In this document: in pieces, positions 58,452-64,000 of the stretch
How positions within the stretch are numbered: the stretch's first letter is position 1
Layout: each line of letters begins with the position of its first letter
Assembly (NCBI GenBank): GCA_050950765.1
Contig: JBMNIF010000002.1
Span: 448,001 to 512,000 of the forward strand
Length of the DNA: 64,000 nucleotides
Origin: Bdellovibrionota bacterium
GTDB lineage: Bacteria > Bdellovibrionota_C > UBA2361 > JAAYZI01
Direction of reading: 5' to 3'
Program-made: the position numbers and the translations under genes
Notes under the pieces: generated by a model
What the model saw: only the letters and a program-made list of their open reading frames with translations
Told to the model about the DNA's origin: nothing
The model's database searches: none

Positions 58452-59480
58452 TTATCGTTTATTTTTTCTGAGATATCCGAACACCCCAAGAGTCAATTCA
58501 GGTTGCAACTCTGAATCGGTCTCAATATTAAGCGCACCTCGTAATTCTTTTTTTATCCTCTTGGGATCAATCATTACAGTTATCTCGTACTCTTTTCCAG
58601 GTATCAAGGTACGATAGGCGGCTTTGATAGCAGAGCTATCACTATCTAAATCAGTAATACTAACTGGAGTATCGCCGTTATTTTTTAGGTAGATCTTTTT
58701 TACGATAACGCCTGCGGCAACGTTTATAGCGCCCAAAGAGAGAGTTTTACGAGAAAGCTCTAAAGCATTCTTAACCACTGCAAAAGAGGGCAGATTAACG
58801 CTACGTCCACCGTTTAAAGCTATAACAACCCTATCCCTTAATTCACCGATCTTAATATCTTCACTTAAAGAGACAAAAAATGTTTTTTGCGTCTCACTCC
58901 CTTGAATACCTTCAACCACTAAGCCTTTCGAAAAACTTTTTATAGCACCTATCTTTATATTTTCACCTTCCCTAATCGAAACAGTAACCTTTCGTGGCGG
59001 CGGAAGTCTTTCACCTTTTATAACACTTCCCCAATTAAGATAGGCAGGCACAACAGAAACTTTCGGAACGACAACGCCTTTTAAAGTAAAAGTATCATCA
59101 GATCTAACACTCTCATTCGTAAAAACTACCATCTCTCTTTGTACACTTCCGCGCAGACCTGCTGTTTTCAACTGAATAGAGATCGTCGCTGTTTCTCCAG
59201 GTAAGATCGGCGCAGTCGGAACATCTGTTGCGATACAACTACAACCCGCCACTACTCTCTCTATCCTTAAATCAGCATCTCCCACATTTTTTACTGTAAA
59301 GTCGTGGTTGATAACTGCTCCCTCATTAACAACACCGAAATCAAACTCCGTAACGGAGATCACCATTTCCGGTTGAAGAGAGAAAGCCGGTAAGGCAAAA
59401 AAGATCGTAAAAAGAAAGGGGATACTTAATTGGATTTTAGCTCGCTGCATTTTCAGTCTCTGCAAAAACATCGTGTTCAT
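58452..59480 (-). CDS. DUF1573-like Ig-fold exported protein
   Basis: FDFGVV, FTVKNVGDADLRI, AGCSC and PILPGET. Confidence 0.8.
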   Translation of the reverse strand: MNTMFLQRLKMQRAKIQLSIPFLFTIFFALPAFSLQPEMVISVTEFDFGVVNEGAVINHDFTVKNVGDADLRIERVVAGCSCIATDVPTAPILPGETATISIQLKTAGLRGSVQREMVVFTNESVRSDDTFTLKGVVVPKVSVVPAYLNWGSVIKGERLPPPRKVTVSIREGENIKIGAIKSFSKGLVVEGIQGSETQKTFFVSLSEDIKIGELRDRVVIALNGGRSVNLPSFAVVKNALELSRKTLSLGAINVAAGVIVKKIYLKNNGDTPVSITDLDSDSSAIKAAYRTLIPGKEYEITVMIDPKRIKKELRGALNIETDSELQPELTLGVFGYLRKNKR

Positions 59481-60816
59481 CTAAAAACTTAGTATAAAAA
59501 GTACCGTTTCTAAAATCAGGATGCATTAAGATGCGTCGATGCAATTCAATATTAGTTTTTATCCCTTCAATGATATACTCATCAAGGGCTACCAACATCT
59601 TCTGAATACAGACATCCCTATTTTCGGCACGCACAATCAACTTTGCTATTAGAGAATCATAAAACGGCAGGACGTGATAACCTTTGTAAACAGCAGAATC
59701 TACCCTGACCCCATGTCCACCAGGGGCGTGATACGATTCTATAACACCTGGTGAAGGAATTCTGGTGTGCGGATCTTCTGCATTTATTCTGGCTTCAATA
59801 GCGTGACCACTAATTCTGATATCGTTCTGAACATACGACAACTCTCGTCCGGCAGCTATTAAGATCTGCTCCTTAACAAGATCAGTATCAGTAACGCACT
59901 CTGTGACGGGGTGTTCAACCTGCAATCTGGTATTCATCTCAATAAAGAAAAACTCTTCGGTTTCAGGATTAACGAGAAACTCCACCGTTCCAAGACTTGA
60001 ATAATTAACAGACTTAGCTAGTTCAATAGCAGCGTTTTGTAACTTATTCACTAACGCTTGTGGCAAACCTGGAGAAGGAGACTCCTCCAAAACCTTCTGA
60101 TACTTGCGCTGCATTGAACAATCACGAACGCCTAAATGAATTACATTTTGAAACCTATCCCCTGCTACCTGCACCTCGACGTGGCGCACCTTCGGCATAT
60201 AACGTTCAATTAAAAGGTGACCATCGCCGAAAGCTGCCGTCACTTCATTAGAGGCTGTTTTAAAAATGGCTGCAAACTCGTCGGAATTCTTTACAATCTT
60301 CATCCCTCTGCCGCCACCACCTGCGCACGCCTTTAAAATTATCGGATACCCCACCTCTTCAGCAATAGGTAAAGCTTCCTCTAACTCCAAAACAGCTTTG
60401 CTGTTACCAGGAATAGTTGGCACCCCGATCTTCTCTGCTGCACGCCGCGCTTTAGCTTTATCTCCCATGATACGCATATTACGCACTGTTGGTCCGATAA
60501 ATGTGATGCCGCAACTACCACACGCCTCTGCAAAAGCTGCATTCTCCGAGAGAAAGCCGTATCCAGGGTGAATAGCCTCAACGCCTGTTGCTACGGCAGC
60601 AGACATAATTGAAGCGGCGTTTAAATAGCTATCTTTAGCTGCCGTTGGTCCAATACAAACAGACTCCGTTGCTAATTTTACATGCAGGGCATCAATATCA
60701 GGCACTGAATGAATGGCAACTGTTTTTATCCCCAACTCATGACAGGCACGAATAATGCGTAGAGCTACCTCACCACGGTTTGCAATAAGAATTTTATTAA
60801 ATGGTGGTTTCGTCAC
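59437..60816 (-). CDS. accC: Biotin carboxylase
   Basis: ILIANRGEVA, HPGYGFLSEN, GGGGRGM and EMNTRLQVEH. Confidence 0.97.
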   Translation of the reverse strand: MTKPPFNKILIANRGEVALRIIRACHELGIKTVAIHSVPDIDALHVKLATESVCIGPTAAKDSYLNAASIMSAAVATGVEAIHPGYGFLSENAAFAEACGSCGITFIGPTVRNMRIMGDKAKARRAAEKIGVPTIPGNSKAVLELEEALPIAEEVGYPIILKACAGGGGRGMKIVKNSDEFAAIFKTASNEVTAAFGDGHLLIERYMPKVRHVEVQVAGDRFQNVIHLGVRDCSMQRKYQKVLEESPSPGLPQALVNKLQNAAIELAKSVNYSSLGTVEFLVNPETEEFFFIEMNTRLQVEHPVTECVTDTDLVKEQILIAAGRELSYVQNDIRISGHAIEARINAEDPHTRIPSPGVIESYHAPGGHGVRVDSAVYKGYHVLPFYDSLIAKLIVRAENRDVCIQKMLVALDEYIIEGIKTNIELHRRILMHPDFRNGTFYTKFLDEHDVFAETENAAS

Positions 60817-60831
60817 AGAACTTCCTATTTA

Positions 60832-61290
60832 TTAATTAGGACGAATTAAAAACAGAACCTCTCCGTATTCAACAACCTGCCCTTCCGAGAGAAAGATCTT
60901 CTCGATAACGCCATCACTTGGAGCATCTATCTCATTCATAAACTTCATCGCTTCAACGATACACAAAGTATCTCCCTTTTTAACTTGAGAGCCAACCCTC
61001 ACAAAGGGCTCTGCATCGGGCGAAGGACGACTGTAATAATTCCCCACAATAGGAGACTCAACCTTTAGAAGATCGTCATCTTCAACAGAGCTTGCAACAC
61101 CCTCATCAGAGATTAGTTCAGCTGCCTGATCACTTCTAGGCACGTTCCTATCCCGTCTTAATCCAGTAGTAGAAGAGGCACCCACCGCTCGCACAATCCT
61201 AATGTTTGTATCACCGTGCTCCAGAGCGAGCTCTCTAACTGCCGTTTTCTCCAGAATCTGAATTATCTTTTCCAACTCATCAATATTCAT
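60832..61290 (-). CDS. accB: Biotin carboxyl carrier protein
   Basis: EAMKFMNEI biotinylation motif. Confidence 0.97.
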   Translation of the reverse strand: MNIDELEKIIQILEKTAVRELALEHGDTNIRIVRAVGASSTTGLRRDRNVPRSDQAAELISDEGVASSVEDDDLLKVESPIVGNYYSRPSPDAEPFVRVGSQVKKGDTLCIVEAMKFMNEIDAPSDGVIEKIFLSEGQVVEYGEVLFLIRPN

Positions 61291-61467
61291 AAGATTCCAT
61301 TAGTAATTGTTGCTTATAATCATAGAAGCTTCATTATTTTTAAACTTACTAAAAATATCAGCCGCCGGAGTAGTTACTCCTATAAGAATTTAAAAAACAT
61401 AACTTCTCACTTTTACACAGATTTGCAAATATTTCCAGCATCTGCAAAAAAAAGGAAACGGTCATTA

Positions 61468-61833
61468 CTAAACAAGATCTATATCATCGAAATCAAATTC
61501 AGCTTCCGCCAAAACCTCTTCCGCACCCTCTTTAGAAGGCTCTTTTTCCTGCGGTAACGGAGTTATCATAAACTTGTCTCTTAAACTCCTAATAGCGTTA
61601 TTTTCGGGGTAGGCTAACGAGATTTTTTCAATCTCCTCTGCACAAAAGGGAAGTAATTTCAGATCATAATAGATATGCGCTAAAACCAACCGCCCCTGAT
61701 AACAGGAGAAATCCTCACTCAATCCAAAAAGACACGTCATTAACGCCTCTTCTAAGCGACCTTCCTTACGTAACATCTCTGCTTTTTTAGGAAAATCACT
61801 ATCGACTTTTAAGTTTGAATCAAGTTCTGTCAT
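61468..61833 (-). CDS. Small TPR-like protein
   Basis: Helical TPR-like pattern (GRLEEAL, GRLVLAHIYY), acidic tail. Confidence 0.65.
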   Translation of the reverse strand: MTELDSNLKVDSDFPKKAEMLRKEGRLEEALMTCLFGLSEDFSCYQGRLVLAHIYYDLKLLPFCAEEIEKISLAYPENNAIRSLRDKFMITPLPQEKEPSKEGAEEVLAEAEFDFDDIDLV

Positions 61834-61893
61834 ATCTTAAATTTAACCAATTATCCGATAAAAAACCACAGATTAACGGCATGCCCATCATAC

Positions 61894-61927
61894 AAAAAGG
61901 GGATGCCGTTTCTGACATCCCCCTTTT
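61894..61927. terminator. Probable bidirectional intrinsic terminator
   Basis: AAAAA-GGGGATG..CATCCCC-CTTTT. Confidence 0.65.
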
Positions 61928-61990
61928 CTTAAGTTATCTATTATCTAAAAGTGCGGCATCTAAAACCATGCCTCAACACTTTTGAAATAC

Positions 61991-62974
61991 TTACTTAGTA
62001 CAACTATTAAAGTTATCGATACTTACAGAGCTTCCTGCGGAAAGAACGATCTCCTCTCCGAAAGAGTTTTCACCGTAGAGGTAAAACTGGAAGTTCTTAA
62101 AGCCGAACTCTGCTGGAGGAATAGTCTCCGTAGTTCCATAATAACTCTTTCCGCCGTTACGTGCTTTAAGGAAGAGCGCTTTAAACTCAGCAGATCCACC
62201 GTTAGCAACAGCACTACTGGTAACAGAGATTCTAGGTGAAGTATACCCATCAACTGTATAAGCATAACTCGTAATACGAACTAAAGCTGATGAATTGTTT
62301 ACGTACTTAAAGGTAACATAAGCATCTGTAAACGCCTCAGGCTCATTTCCATTTTCTCCACAATTAGCAGAGAACACGGCATCAATGGATGAAGTATTTT
62401 CAAGATTAGCATCGGAGAAAGTAACGCTTGTTATGCGAACAGCGAGACCATCATTATTGCCACCTTGATCTGTTGTGTCGACACCGCCACCGAGCGTTCC
62501 ACCTGCTGCAGCTGGCCAACCGACAAAACCATCAGGTACATTACCTTGACACTTAACTGTTACGAACTTTCTCTTGTTAGCACCTGAAGGCAAGCGGCAT
62601 CCAAATCTGAAACTTCCAGGTGCTTCACAACCGATCACTCCACTCATATGACCGTAATCATCGGTCATCTCTTTTCCTGTCGTAGGTTCAACGATCGCAA
62701 GACCCCTTTCAGAATCACAAAAGACCTCAACATTAGGAACCGCAACTCCATTCGCGTCAAAAACGGAGACCATAAAGGCACTAGATCCACCAATTCCTAA
62801 GGTTGTGTTGTTAACATCTAAATTGATGCCACCACTATTTGCGTCATCAGAAACGAAAACCGAGCCAACATCATCAGCCCCACTTTCTGATGTTCTACTG
62901 CTATCACACCCCGTAAAGGGAATGACAAAAGCAAGCACCAGAGCTATCTTCACCAGGTAGTTTTTGCTATCCAT
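61991..62974 (-). CDS. Beta-rich lipoprotein, probably Ig-like
   Basis: FTGC lipobox; VSVFDANGVAVPNVEV pattern. Confidence 0.7.
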   Translation of the reverse strand: MDSKNYLVKIALVLAFVIPFTGCDSSRTSESGADDVGSVFVSDDANSGGINLDVNNTTLGIGGSSAFMVSVFDANGVAVPNVEVFCDSERGLAIVEPTTGKEMTDDYGHMSGVIGCEAPGSFRFGCRLPSGANKRKFVTVKCQGNVPDGFVGWPAAAGGTLGGGVDTTDQGGNNDGLAVRITSVTFSDANLENTSSIDAVFSANCGENGNEPEAFTDAYVTFKYVNNSSALVRITSYAYTVDGYTSPRISVTSSAVANGGSAEFKALFLKARNGGKSYYGTTETIPPAEFGFKNFQFYLYGENSFGEEIVLSAGSSVSIDNFNSCTK

Positions 62975-63043
62975 AGTGTCATCCTATCTTAAAAAAATTC
63001 AATCAACTAAAAAACCAAAAAGACATCAAAACGTTTTTACAAA

Positions 63044-63748
63044 CTATTCGAGATTACCATAACCGTCTGCGGCAACATCACCCACAGTAGCTCCTTGAAT
63101 CACAACATCAGGAGTAAAGGTTACATCCAACGAAATAGAATTTGTTACAACTCTTTTTCCCGCTGAAGTAACTCCCTCAGCATACGATGTAACGATCATT
63201 ACAAACGGAAGCTCCGGCATATACTCACGATTCAAGTTGATAAACTCACTGATAGCAGGCGTAATATAAGATGCACCAAAATACCCAACACTCTCCATGC
63301 CACCAGAATTGGTTAAGGTACCAGGAAGGGTAGAAGATACATCTCCAAACTCAGCAGCAAGGTTACCATCAGCAGCACCTAACACACCATTAACAGCAAC
63401 AGATGTGGCAGGCGGTTGCACAGTAGCACCAGGGATATAGTACTCATTAAAGACCCGCTCTAACCTGATAAACTCACCAGCTAAGTTGTTTTGGACACCA
63501 AAATAGGCGTAAGCAGTTCCAGCCCAACCATTCTCATAATCCATGCTAATAGGAAGTTGGATACCAGTTAAACCAACACCACCATCTGAATCAACATACC
63601 ATCCGAAAGCAGTTACACTCACACCTTGATTATTACGCTGACTATCACCGCACCCGATTAGCGCAATCGCCATAAGTGCAGCCAATACCCACGGTCTAAT
63701 ACATTTTGAATAAATAGCATTCATTGCTAAAATCTCCTTATCTTTCAA
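63044..63748 (-). CDS. Hypothetical lipoprotein
   Basis: LIGC lipobox; directly after the secretin. Confidence 0.72.
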   Translation of the reverse strand: MKDKEILAMNAIYSKCIRPWVLAALMAIALIGCGDSQRNNQGVSVTAFGWYVDSDGGVGLTGIQLPISMDYENGWAGTAYAYFGVQNNLAGEFIRLERVFNEYYIPGATVQPPATSVAVNGVLGAADGNLAAEFGDVSSTLPGTLTNSGGMESVGYFGASYITPAISEFINLNREYMPELPFVMIVTSYAEGVTSAGKRVVTNSISLDVTFTPDVVIQGATVGDVAADGYGNLE

Positions 63749-63755
63749 AATACTT

Positions 63756-64000
63756 TCAGGACATACCCTTCATAGACGCATCATCAAAGCTACCTTCGAT
63801 AATTCGTGGGGTAATAAAGAATATCAATTCTTCGTCAGAGTCTGTTACATTAGTAGATCTGAAGAGGTAACCAAGGAACGGAATATCCTTAAGCCATGGC
63901 ACACCTTCGATAGAATCAGTCTCACTAATTCTGTAGATACCACCCAATGCAAAGGTCTGACCACTCGAAACAAGTACTGACGAGTTGGTAGATCTCTCAA
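63756..64000 (-). CDS. Secretin C-terminus (PilQ/GspD family), 5' end truncated by window edge
   Basis: GQTFALGGIY, GVPWLKDIPFLGYLFRS and ELIFFITPRII. Confidence 0.92.
   Translation of the reverse strand, partial: ERSTNSSVLVSSGQTFALGGIYRISETDSIEGVPWLKDIPFLGYLFRSTNVTDSDEELIFFITPRIIEGSFDDASMKGMS

Overview
AT-rich bacterial chromosomal segment; gene content suggests a delta-proteobacterial-grade, possibly Bdellovibrionota-like lineage (inference only). Most genes are on the minus strand. Housekeeping content: recA/lexA, ffs-dnaX-ybaB-recR, accB/accC, proC, CCA enzyme, Uup-like ABC-F and three tRNAs. Other loci: a DtxR-family regulator with feoAABC and a porin, orphan flagellar genes (fliS, and a flagellin carrying seven FG-GAP repeats) with sigma28-like promoters, a type II toxin-antitoxin pair, an intact IS1634-like element and its 244-bp MITE derivative. 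The most unusual signal is non-coding. Many intergenic regions hold sequence-unrelated tandem duplications with a shared period of about 77-84 bp (a second class is about 46 bp), often copying the start or stop of the adjacent gene. One roughly 79-bp unit with a GGGTGGCACC core is dispersed and sits at the junctions of larger duplications. In three antitoxin copies it creates a Shine-Dalgarno-led 16-codon mini-ORF. A structured seven-unit array lies between a rRNA-unlinked tRNA-Ile and tRNA-Ala. An intact but catalytically degenerate E1 alpha/beta pair is also present. All calls are from motif reading by eye; no searches were run.
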